A stretch of 63,613 nucleotides of DNA, the filler included, from Intoshia linei (lineage: Eukaryota; Animalia; Orthonectida), in assembly GCA_001642005.1 (NCBI GenBank). It is 5 parts of 5 records of this genome, joined end to end, with 100 filler letters (N's around TTAATTAATTAA, not from the genome) between each part and the next. Parts side by side here need not be neighbours in the genome. Positions count along the whole stretch, not along the records: positions 31,036 to 51,678 come from LWCA01000674.1; positions 51,779 to 60,583 come from LWCA01001417.1; 3 more parts are not named here. One strand, 5' to 3'. Below, one piece after another: positions 43,380 to 55,236 of the stretch. The notes below the pieces were generated by a model. It did not search any database. It saw only the letters and a list, made by a program, of their open reading frames with translations, and was not told the DNA's origin. The position numbers and the translations under genes were made by a program. Position 1 is the first letter of the stretch, and every line of letters begins with the position of its first letter.

Positions 43380-44633
43380 TCAGTGTCTAGTGGTATTACC
43401 TTCGGTTCTTGTCATAGTCCTAAGTCGTATTTGTTTGGATTTTGGATGTAGAAAAAAAAAATAAATTAGCAAAAGAATGAGTGCTCCAATAGTGGAAATG
43501 GAAATAATAATTGAAAATATCAAGTAAATAAAAAAATGTAAATGAAAATAAATTCCTTCTGGCACGTAAATTTCAAACATGTAAGGAGATAAAATGAGAA
43601 CATGATTAATAATGGCATCAACAATATAATAGCAAGCTTGAAGGACATCTTTAGTGGAAACTGGAATAAGAAAAATACTGTACGCTGAATGGATAAAAAT
43701 TTTGTGATATACATTTTTCTTTTTATAAGCCTTATTTTTACACAAAACTAAGTAGCATGTAGAAACACCAAATTGAATAGCTACAATAATGAAGACTTTA
43801 TAGGTATAGAAAAGAGAAAACAAAAAAAGTGCAAAAATTCGAGATACCAATAATAACAGTTTGGCTACAACGTATACAAAAAAGTAAAATTTTACAGATA
43901 AATTGTAATTCTCACCTTCGTCTGGCTGTACCAGACAGTCTGCGTCGACTTGTTCCGTTTCAAATTTGTTTAAATATTCAGAGACGATAATTGAAAATAA
44001 GAGACAAACAAAGACAATTAAAAAATAGATAAAGAGACGTTTGTTAAAAAGTACTGCATTATGATCAACGTTTTTCTCAATTTGATGAAAGTAAATGTAG
44101 GATATGGAAAGCAAAATAAAAATCAACATTGGACAACACTGTAAATAAACGTACGCCGTTTGAACACGCACAAATCCAATGTCTTTTTTTGAGTTGGATT
44201 TTTGATTTAAACAGCAATGGTCAAATTTGTTCAATAGATGGCAAATTCTATGAATCATGTATCCGATCAACATTGGAAAGTTCATTAAAAAAAATAAAGA
44301 AACCTTTATAGCGCTGTATTCATTTTTGATGCGTTGTCGTATTATGTAAATTATTGAAATCAACATGTTGCTCAATAGAATGGTGAATAGCATAGAATAG
44401 AAAACATTAGTTTCATTTCGAATGTAAATTTCACTCAAACTTGCTACGGTTGCAGCAATCGACATTATCATTAATAAGGTTGATACAAAAAATACTATCG
44501 TATTGAATTTTATGGAATAAGATTCTGATTTCGTCACTCTTTGCTTGTAATTTTTCTTATTGTATTCAATGTCGTAAATTTCACCATCTTCCGCGTTGTT
44601 CATTTCACTGTTATTTGTATTTTCCGTATTCAT
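43380..44633 (-). CDS. XK-related (XKR) multi-pass membrane protein, intronless, divergent
   Basis: Uninterrupted 417-aa ORF with about 8-10 hydrophobic segments. XK-family motifs SRIFALFLF and LLIYFFFLHPK; YLQCCPML sits where family members have FLESAPQL. Confidence 0.75.
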   Translation of the reverse strand: MNTENTNNSEMNNAEDGEIYDIEYNKKNYKQRVTKSESYSIKFNTIVFFVSTLLMIMSIAATVASLSEIYIRNETNVFYSMLFTILLSNMLISIIYIIRQRIKNEYSAIKVSLFFLMNFPMLIGYMIHRICHLLNKFDHCCLNQKSNSKKDIGFVRVQTAYVYLQCCPMLIFILLSISYIYFHQIEKNVDHNAVLFNKRLFIYFLIVFVCLLFSIIVSEYLNKFETEQVDADCLVQPDEGENYNLSVKFYFFVYVVAKLLLLVSRIFALFLFSLFYTYKVFIIVAIQFGVSTCYLVLCKNKAYKKKNVYHKIFIHSAYSIFLIPVSTKDVLQACYYIVDAIINHVLILSPYMFEIYVPEGIYFHLHFFIYLIFSIIISISTIGALILLLIYFFFLHPKSKQIRLRTMTRTEGNTTRH

Positions 44634-45487
44634 TGTAATTTAAATTTTCATTAAATTTACACAATATTTGCAAACATTTTTACTTAGTCCCATCAACTGT
44701 TTCAATAGAAATACATTTCATGCTTGGATTAATCTGTAACGCAAGTTTCCAAATCAAATTACTCCGGAAACTATTATGTCAAAGTGTTAATATTTGTTCA
44801 TGTATGATAGTACAATTAGTATGAGACAGTAATTTAGGTCAAGTGAACCGACTGATGATACGATCTATATCTTTTAATCTGACTGTAATGTTTAGATAAG
44901 GAATATACTGAAATATAAATTCTATATTTAAAATATTACAATTATAAGTCGATAATATAATAAAATGATATACGGTTACTAAAGTTACATTTATTGTAAC
45001 TAAAGTAAACATTTACAATGAATACTACACTGACTATAAAAAAAATATTGAAAGTTATATATCAAAATAGAAGTTTCTGGAATAGATTTTAAGTTATTTA
45101 CATCAGACACAGTATGATGACATTGACCTTGATTCATATCTAGTTATTAAATAAAACGGTGGAGTTTTAAACATTTTGACTATATAAGTACGCTTGTGTA
45201 ACTTGTTTAGGTGCTTATATAAGACTTATAGAATATTTTTCTTTTTCGTAGAAAAAAGTATAATTTTGTCACAAAAGTTTAGATGTGTTATTTTACCATG
45301 TGGAATATCATATTCAGTTATAGCTTGTATCCATATCGTACATATTTGTACATATTTTTAAACATTTAAATGTTTAAAATAAAGGTAAATTTATTCTAAT
45401 GTTTAATTTAAACTTTGATTTATTATCATTGCGTCTCAAGTTAAAATAATTAAAAAATTAAAAAAATTAAATTAATATATAATAATC

Positions 45488-47362
45488 ATGAGTCGAAGTT
45501 TAAGAAGTAAGAAACGTCAAAAAAATAAACGAGTATTGAAAGAAATGTATAATAAAAAACAAACTGAGGATTTAAAAAAAATTACAAAAACATTTAATTT
45601 GGACGGTAATTTTTATATTTTTTATCTCTTATCTAGCTTGACTGTTATATACTTCATACGAACAGCAGCTAGCTATGTCGAGGCCGACTTTTTAATTTTA
45701 TTAATTTTAAAACCGATTGTTTATATTATTAGACAATGAGTCTGCTCTTAAAAACAATCAATTATGGTTACAACCCTGAAAATCGTTATAAAAAACATGA
45801 ATCCCATAAAAAATACACAATTTTAGTTTATTTGGTGATAAATGTAAATCCAAAACTACTTATCTATGATGACGAATAAAAATTTTCGGCATCAACTTTA
45901 TTAAATAAACTAAAAGTGACAGTACGTATTTTTCTGGCCACTTACATTAATTTTTAATTTTTATTTAAATTTTATTTAAAATGTTTTAAATTTTGAAAAT
46001 TAGAATTTGAAATTTAAAAATAGTGTAGCAATGAAAAAAATTCTGAAGGAATGAATTGTATAGATTTTCACACATATTTCTTTATTGGAAATGTGTAGAC
46101 GTTCAATGGATATTTTTAATTTGAAATTGTAGGATCAATATTTACATTATCAATTTTTATTTTAATCGAAATATTGTAAAAATATTGGTTGATAATTTAT
46201 TAAAAATTATTTTTCATCGGAAATACGTAGATTTCTCGGGTTGAACTTTTGTATTTATATCAACTGGAATAAGCTCTATCAGAATAATCTTCTTTTTTTA
46301 ATTTTCGGACCGTTAATTATTTCACATTTTTGTTTTAATAAAATATTTCGGAAAAAAAATTTATGAATACTAAAATGCTTTTTTGACCGTGAAGTCGTAA
46401 CTTATTCGGATTGAAATTTTTGTGGGTGTTAACAAGATACAACTGTACGACTTCTAATTTTTTTGAAATTCTAGAGCTGTTTTCATTATAAAAAGAAGGG
46501 GTAATTTGGTGGTTTTGTCACTGAATATATTATTTTTTAAATTTAAATTTATGATAATTTTTATGATTTTAAAATCCGTAGCAGCGCATATATATAATAA
46601 TGTTATAATATTACATTTAGATGTCAAAATTAAAAAAAGTGGTAATTTAGTTTACTTTTATTGTTATTACTGCGGCTCACAAAATTTTGAAATGGGTCGC
46701 AGCTTGTAAATGTCTATTTTATATGGACACTAAGAAAACTTAATAATTAATTTTGAAGCTTTATAAAATTAATTGTATGTTTAGATACAATTGAAATTGT
46801 GGAAGGTATTTTTAGTTTATTTACAATTATAATTGTACAATTGTATAATTATATAATCTGTAAAATTATTAATTATAATTAGTTAGTTATATTAATTTGT
46901 AAAATAACTTAAAAGATACTTATTATTCTATATTAGGATTTCTCAATTAGCTCTTTCTGGTTTCTGACACATTTTTAAATAATTTTAGCCATTAGTGAGT
47001 ATCTCACGTATTATACTAGTTTTACAAACCAATTCGGCGCTGAATTTTTACTTTTTTAGAAAATTTTTCATAAAATATATTTTTTACATTTACATACACA
47101 ACATTGAACAAATTTTTAATTTAATTTTAGTCTCTGAGTCTTTGTCTAACCAGAGTACCAGAATACATTTACTAGGGTCTAACTATAATTATGAATATAT
47201 TAATAAAATGAACAATTAGATGTACCTATGAATAAAAGCAAATATCCTAAGTGGATGAATGAAGGAAAAATCAGAAAAATTAAGAAAGAAAGAAAAAGAT
47301 TGGGTAAAAAATTAAAGAAACAAGAAAAAAATCTTTTAAATAGACAAAAAATTAAACGTTAA
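45488..47362 (+). CDS. LLPH: LLP homolog (LAPS18-like) basic nucleolar protein, 3 exons, 93 aa
   Basis: Exons 45488-45605 (MSRSLRSKKRQKNKR...), 46785-46805 (21-nt microexon) and 47220-47362 (KYPKWMNEGKIRKIKKERK...stop). The N-terminal SLRSK and YPxWMN motifs are LLPH hallmarks; total 282 nt is in frame. Confidence 0.85.
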
Positions 47363-47622
47363 AAGTGTATTTATAAACTTTAATTTCCATTTGCCCTATA
47401 TTTATATAAATATTTATATAATCTCTTGATTAATTAATACATCTGGAATGAGAAAATTTTATATCAGATAAGCCACTTTCTAATGTGACAGTCTTTCACG
47501 TTACTGATGTAACAAATCCGAATAACACGATAGAATTTTGTTATTAGGAGTCTAAATGGTATTTTGACTTGGTATTAACGAATCCTTTCACTGTAAAATT
47601 TTGTAAATGTGTTTAAAATAAT

Positions 47623-47629
47623 AAAAAAA
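47623..47629 (-). terminator. Pol III oligo-T terminator of 5S gene
   Basis: T7 run directly at the 5S 3' end on the minus strand. Confidence 0.8.
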
Positions 47630-47743
47630 TACGACACTTGGTCTTCCCAGGCGGTCACCCATCCAAGTACTAACCAAGCCCGAAGATGCTTAACTTCTGT
47701 GATCGGACGAGAACAGGTGTTACCATCTTGGTATGGTCGTATT
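47625..47743 (-). rRNA. RNA5S: 5S rRNA gene
   Basis: Reverse complement AATACGACCATACC...CTCGTCCGATCACAGAAGTTAAGC...GTACTTGGATGGGTGACCGCCTGGGAAGACCAAGTGTCGTATT. Helix I (AAUACGAC/GUCGUAUU) pairs perfectly and boxes A and C are present. Confidence 0.97.
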
Positions 47744-49366
47744 AACAATTGCGTTTTAATTTAGTATTTAAATAGAATCTCGAGAAATATCTACTAATTG
47801 TACTCACAAATTAAATATCTATAGTAAGCAAAAGACTTTGTATTAAAATTTTAAATTTAGCTCAAAATTTTTACTATACGACGGAGATGTTATTATATGT
47901 ATTATACCAGTATTTATATAATCATATTTATATAATATACTAGTCTTCACTGTTATTACATTTGAGGGGGTAAATATTAACCGATTTTATTTTTTTAGTT
48001 AAATGCAAAATGGGTTTTCTAATAAAAAAAATTAAAAGGGAACACAAAACATTAGGCCTTAATGTGTAGTGTTATGAACGAAATTAAAACTAATATCTTT
48101 TTTAAATTATTTACAGAAATAAAATATAGTTTAAAATGAAATTTCTGCAATGATAATAATTTATAATTAACACCATCTAATTGACTATCTATTAAAAAAT
48201 TGATAAAAAAAGTTATAAATTATCTCCTAATTAGTAAAAAATGAATTTTAATATTTATATAATTATTTATATGTACGATAGTGATTAAAAATAGATTTTA
48301 GAGCTTTAGAGGAAAAATTTATATTAACAGAATTTATGGTTCATACAAATTGGTTAAGAAAAAATAAATAATCCAAGATTCCGTTAAAATTTAATTTTTT
48401 CGCTAACAAAAATTCCGTTAATAAGGACTTATGCTGTAATAAATAATGACTTATAAAATTTAAAAGTGAAATCATTTATATCAGTATTTTCTTAATATAA
48501 TCCCAAAAGATTTGGATGTTAAAACTAAATTATTAACGGATACTTATATTGTCTAAAAATAAAATGTTTAAATTTTAAAACATTAATCTTTCATGATAAA
48601 TCCGAATTACAGTCAATTAAACTACGCAAACAAATTATCATGTAAAATAAACCAAAAGTGTACATCGAACTCTGAACTAGCTGAATAACACATGCACTGA
48701 AAAAAGTAAAAGCAAATGTTATAAAAATGACTCATACATAACTGAATAAAATACGATTCCAAAGTTTGGAATCCAAACTAGATGTTACTCACTAACTGTT
48801 AGTGACTAACGGTTATCTTACAATATCAAATAACCACTGACCAATTAGTTTTATTACAGCATACAATTACATATTTTTATAGTGAAAATTTTAGAGTGAA
48901 AACATGACACAAAAGTGAGCCAAAAAATATCGGATTCGCAAGTCATTCGATATTAATTAATTGTTAGTGGGCCGTGCAAAATTAATTACAAGTCAGCATG
49001 TGATCGTGTCAACCAATTTTATTTATATTGAGCAATTATAAATGGGAAAAATTTAAATTACAACACATTTTATATACATTGTACACTGAATTCAATTTAT
49101 TTAAACTCTTACATTACAATTATACTTAATTAATTGAGCACACGCTAATCGATCATTCATTTCCGCAATATGTATTATATTTTTGGATCAAAATTTACCT
49201 TGATATCTGAAGATGAAGACAATCTTAAACCAACCGATAACTATGACACTTTTAAATTATATTGGAAAAATAAAGAATGTTGGCATTTTGAAAATACATG
49301 TAGTATCTCAAATTCTTTTTACCCAGATTCAGGTTGTTTTTGATTTATTTATAATATTACAATGTA

Positions 49367-50240
49367 CAGTCAGACCTGTATATATTAACACTAACTTTGA
49401 AAAAATAACGATGTTCATTATAGAGTATATAGTGAACTTTTTATTATTCTTAAAATGCTGATTTTTCCACTTGAAGCGTCGTAACAAAGTTTGATCGAAT
49501 CAAAATATTTTTGAAAATAGTATATTAAAACAACCGAATATTCACGAAAATACTAAGTAAAATTAACAATTTTAATTAATATATTCAATGTTTTAAATTT
49601 TTTTTAATGTAGAAAAATAATCAGTTATTTTAGCTAGTCTCGACAATTTTTCCAATATTATATCATTTATCACTTTAAATATATTATTAATTCCATTCGG
49701 AGAATTTTCAATGTACCATTGTTGCAACTGTTTAGAAATACATAGAGCTTCGTAAATATGTATTGTCGTTTCAATGGGAGTCTGAGCGTCATTTAATTCT
49801 ACGGATTCGACGTTATTGTCGGTACCTAGATCAATATTTTTAAGGAATACCTCATCTGTAGTTATTGTTGTATCATATGCTGGAAAATCATCATATAAGT
49901 TACTATTTAGCGGGTTAGATTCTAATTCGTTATTCGCTATAGCTTGGTTATCGATTATGGCATCATCTCGATATATTAATGTACTAATTTTTGAATTTAT
50001 AAATGCTTTTTTGAAACAATTTATTATACATTTCTTTGAAACATTCTCCCACGCCATGAGAATATACGAAATACATTTGTATAATTTGAATTTTTTTAAT
50101 AAATTTTGATAATCCAGATCTTCATATTCTGGGTTTTCCATTTCAATAAGTATAATCATGTTAATAATGCGCTTGTATTGCTCCTTGAACGAGTGTATAA
50201 TCCCTTGATCGATGTACTTTGAAAAATTGATAATTCTCAA
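49367..50240 (-). mobile_element. pogo/Tigger (DDE_1) transposon 3' remnant
   Basis: ORF 49593-50240: DQGIIHSFKEQYKR...MAWENVSKKCIINCFKKA and a C-terminal PIP-box-like KITDYF. TA|CAGTCAGACCTG terminal repeat at 49367. N-terminal domains are missing. Confidence 0.8.
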
Positions 50241-52073
50241 ATTGTTTTAAAAATTAATATTATTCCATTGATGTGGTTTATTTTAACAATAACAATTAAT
50301 TATATAATTAAATAATTAAAAGTTTATCACGATTTCTTATTTTTTATAATGAGACGTTTTTATTTCTATTTTAATTTTCTAATTTTATTAACAGTGCGTG
50401 TGCTAACATTTGTAATTTTTTAGCATTTCTATATTTTCCAATTACTGCATATGAAGTATATAACACGCATAATATTAAATTATTAAATTTTTAAGTGTAA
50501 AAATATGAAGAGTAAGATTTATTTTTTACTGTTTACATCTAGACAATCTTTTTTTGATATTTACTTTATATTTGTTAGTCATTGCAACGAATTTTTACGC
50601 ACATTTTATGAATCTCATTCTACAGAATATGAATAATAATATGTAGACCTTGGGGTATGAAAAACGTTAACACTACATTACTAATTTAATTTCATAACTA
50701 CAATATGTAGTTATGAATAATTTCTCGAAAACTCTAGTTCATATGATACACTGGGCCCTCAATCAGTAAATAATGTATTATATAATTATGCAAAATGCTT
50801 TGTTTGATATCTAATAATAATATTAATATCTAATAACTTGAAATTCCCATTAATTTAATTTTTAACATTTTCTCTACATTTGACTAAATTTTGTTCACTA
50901 AAACATATTTTGATAAATGATTATAATGTTAAAATCAAATTAAACCTCTTAGACAGGCATTATTATTTAATTACATTTGTATTGTACAAATAAATATTGA
51001 TAAATGAATATTATGTAAAGATTGAATGAGACTCTAAAAACATTAATGTGTTAATATAATTTATTTCGTGTCACTAAATTCCGTAAATTTTTTAACAATA
51101 AAAATTTTTATAATTTTTTCATATATGAATGTTATGCCAATATCAACTAAAAATTATTGAAACATGACATTTTAATTTGTGTCTAAAATTTTTTAAATAA
51201 TGTAGAATGTTTTTCTCGTGACGCAACATTATATATTTTAAATCTTAACGGCAATATCATCATATTATGTCTATAACTACCTAAATATTCTTAACCTGTG
51301 ACCTGTGTAGTTAGATATTTAAGTTTTTAAAGTTAAAACATTGAAAAGGTAAATGAATACATTTTCGATATTATACAAATATTAAATAAAATTGTTATTT
51401 ACAGTTAGTTAGTTAAAAAATAAATTTCAGCTAGCTAGCTGTCGTTTGTGTGTAGAAACGGAAGTGTATAATAATGAGACACAGTAATGTAGTAATGCAG
51501 GGGTTCTCAAACTTTTTAAATTTTTTGGTCCATTTTTAATTTTAATTTTGCTTGCGGACCCCCAAATAAAACATGTCCAAAAAAAATTATTTAATTTTTA
51601 AGAAATGTTTTAAACATTATCAAGTCAAATTAAATTTTATTAAACTAATGTGAAGGATGTTTCTGTTTGATTTTTGACNNNNNNNNNNNNNNNNNNNNNN
51701 NNNNNNNNNNNNNNNNNNNNNNTTAATTAATTAANNNNNNNNNNNNNNNNNNNNNNNNNNNNNNNNNNNNNNNNNNNNAATTCATTCCTTTGGAATTTTT
51801 TTCATTGCTACGCAATTTTTAAATTTCAAATTCTTATTTTCAAAAAATTTTTATTAAAATATTAAAATTTAAATAAGAAACTACTCAACAAAACTAAAAT
51901 AGCTTTGTTAATATTTTTTTTATATTACAATCCTTTTTTTTTATTTTTTTATTTAACGGGACAGGAAAATAAAAGATTGAAACATTTCTCCAAATGAAAA
52001 AAATATAGAATATTTTAGTGAAATCTGTATCTGATTACTGTATACTACTAATGATGGATACGATTATTATTAC

Positions 52074-54937
52074 CTCATTTTTCGCATTGTGGACTATATC
52101 GACAATGTCAAAAAAAAGTCCGTTTAATTGAAAAATACAACATTCACTGTCCCCTAGCCATGAAGTATATAACACGTCTTTGTGCTTTATACAAACCGTA
52201 CAAGTTGATCCAATTAATTTTACCTAAAAATCATTAAATATTTTTATGTTATACAATTATACCGGATTTTTTAAAAGGTTGAAAATCTGTCTATCGAAAT
52301 TTATTAAACAGTCATTAATTACGGACTGATCTATTTGTATTTGCTCTTGTTTATTCTATAATTTTTAAATTATGAATTAACTACATTTCAAATACTTTGA
52401 AAATTGCAACGCTTATATGTACCATCATATAAAATTTAATTATAATTGAAATAAATGTATTTTATTAACTTGTTAATGCTGGCATAATGCGAGATTTTTG
52501 GACCATTTTTATCAATGAAAAATATTTTTTGTACAGTTGTAGATATTACAAAAAATATGGTTTTTCTACCCATGCCTCTACCGGTTGCCAAACTTTTTTT
52601 CAGCTTTATCCTGATAGAGTGAAAACATTTCTCCCAACCATACAAAAATTCATTCACAGTATGCTCTATAATTAGAATAAAACAGGTGGCCTTGTTCACA
52701 GCCCTGCGTATGAATAAAATGTATATTAAATGTATTAATATACCATTAAAAGTTCTTCATTTCGAAAAATAAAATTGTGTAAATTTTTATATAACATGTT
52801 TGAAACTTCCGCACTTCCATGTCCATCAAATATAGCCATATATACAATATCTTTGTATTTCTATTAATAAAGTCGATAAATATGTGGAATTAAAGAAAAT
52901 AATAATATCATTAGAGAAATTTCATAAGTAATTTTTTTATAAAATTCAATCTTCATTTGATTACGTTTAAGTTTATCTACATTACAAAACACTCATAATG
53001 GTTTTTCTTAATTTTTTGTTTATTCCAGTATTTTATTTATACTCTAGCATTAAAACTCGCTTATTTAGTATAGCTAACTATTTATATATTATAGCAGATA
53101 TATGGTACCAAGTGCCTTCAATACGGTGTATGTTATTGTACGTCAAAATTATTTACACCTGTTTTCATTGGCATACAAAATAATATGTCACAGAGCTCTA
53201 AAGTTAAACGTGGTCAATAATAATTCATCTCATAATTCCAAAAAGTAATTCAAAATACGTTGGTTATGAAAATTACTTTTTAAATAAATAAACCCGAATA
53301 CATTTCTTACCGTAAATTTAAACTAGGTATAAATGTATAGTTACAATATATACAACATTACTCATGAAAGAATCTAATAATTATTACAATTACATTATTA
53401 TTATAAATGGCATCAAGCAAATCCAGAACAATTAAATAATCTTCCATTGACCGACATCTGTTTTTATATGAACAAGAAAAAACGTTGAACTTTGGTTTAA
53501 AAGAATTTTCATATACTTGATAATCAGGTTCATTGATATTTGAAAAGAATTTATCAATAAATGAATTAATATATTGACGTGAATTTAGAAATTTAAAAAA
53601 TATGGCATTTAGAAATAGTTTCATTGTGTTATCTAAATATTTTTAAATTACATGTAATTTTTATTTTGATAATAATTATGATAGTATCATCATTAATATT
53701 TTTTAATTGTATAACAGTGTTTACTACATGGATAGGTATGAGCGATACGGAGTTTGAAAGAATTCATTATTTTTCGTCATCAGTTACACCATTTCGCTGT
53801 TTGTTTAACAAAAATTTTATGGAAACTGTACCCAGTATTATAATTATACAGTCATATTCAAAATTAAGTCAACACTAAAAATATTTTTAAATATTTTGCA
53901 TGTTTTTCAATTTATTAGTAAATGTAATTATAATTTTTGATTTTAATTTTATGGTTATTATAATTATGAATGTGGTTCAGATAATGAAATTTTAAAAACT
54001 ATTGTTTCTATGATTTATCGTAATTTTTTCAAGATAATAAAGTATATTTTTTTTCCTGATTTTAATTAATTAAAATGAAGAAACTAATAATACAAAAAAA
54101 ACTACACTCAATTGCCTCGAATCTGCATAACATTTTACATATCGTCATACAAAAATTATAAAAATTAATCGATTAAAACAAACACAGTTCAATTTTTTAG
54201 CTTAGCTTCTAGAGAGTTCATATTACTTTTTTTCATTAAAATATGTTTAAAACGTTAATAACTGAATTTCAACATAGGACACTTAGATTTTCATATTTAA
54301 AATAAATTTATCGTTATTATCAATGTTAGTATTTTTAAATTTGACCAATATTACAAAAACACCCTGTGAGGTTAAATATTAAAATTTTTTGTGCAAATTT
54401 GGTATATGTCTTAGTGGGTCATACATTAATCATATCCATCTTTAAAAATGGAATCTTTTCTTTAAGGGGAATGTTGGTAATTCATATAATCAAATGTAAA
54501 TGAATAACTTAAAAACTAATTATCACATTACGTAATAATTATTCATCACAAGTAAACACTGGAATTGATCATAATTAAATTATGTTTATGAAACACCTGG
54601 TATATTTCCAATATTATCATTTGATTCTTTAGAAAATGATTTGAAAAGCATACTGATGACATGATAAACGGCCAATGTTGAATATTTTTTTTTGATTTCA
54701 CTAAATTGATGCATGATAAAAGTATATAAAACAAAACCATTCATTAGCAATAATAATGAAGGCATCAACAATACGAGATTCTATTGTCAACCAATTGGGA
54801 TCTTTTACCTTGGATGAGAAAAGTTTTGCTATAAATTTGGAAACATCTATACTATAATCGTTGATAATGGTCTCATATTTAATTCTAATATTTTCAATAT
54901 TATATTTGTTAGGCTTTAGTAATTGATGCTCGTCCAT
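52074..54937 (-). CDS. PP2C-family Ser/Thr phosphatase, PPM1E/PPM1F (POPX/CaMKP/FEM-2)-like; 3' part not visible (gap at 51679)
   Basis: Spliced exons give an N-terminal extension (54937 onward), RCRSMEDY (~53440-53460), YMAIFDGHGSAEVS (~52744-52860), NKQEQ..DCLINFDRQIF (~52263-52355) and GSTCTVC..LYTSWLGDSECC..VHNAKNE (52074-52223). WLGDS (instead of NxGDS) is characteristic of PPM1E/F. The C-terminal DG and GxxDN motifs were not found before the gap. Confidence 0.8.
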
Positions 54938-55236
54938 TTGATATTAATTTAATTGGCATTAATATTATTTATTTTAAAAATCATAATAATTCCATGAAAA
55001 ATTAGCTATAAAATCGTTGTTTACCTAATTATTATTAATTGTAAACAAAATACAAGAATGTAGGGCAACGTGAGCAAACATTGATGAGAAAAGTCAATAC
55101 CACAGTAAAGTTTATATTTTGAATATTCAAATATTTATTATTTATGAATATCACTAATCTACAAATCTAAAGTATCCATTATTCTAATTTGTCAATTTTA
55201 TAATTTTAAAAAAATTAAAACTTCAATTCTTCAATA
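54938..55236. promoter_or_regulatory. Putative bidirectional promoter between PP2C and Rac genes
   Basis: Only 299 nt separate the two divergent ATGs; function is inferred from geometry only. Confidence 0.5.
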
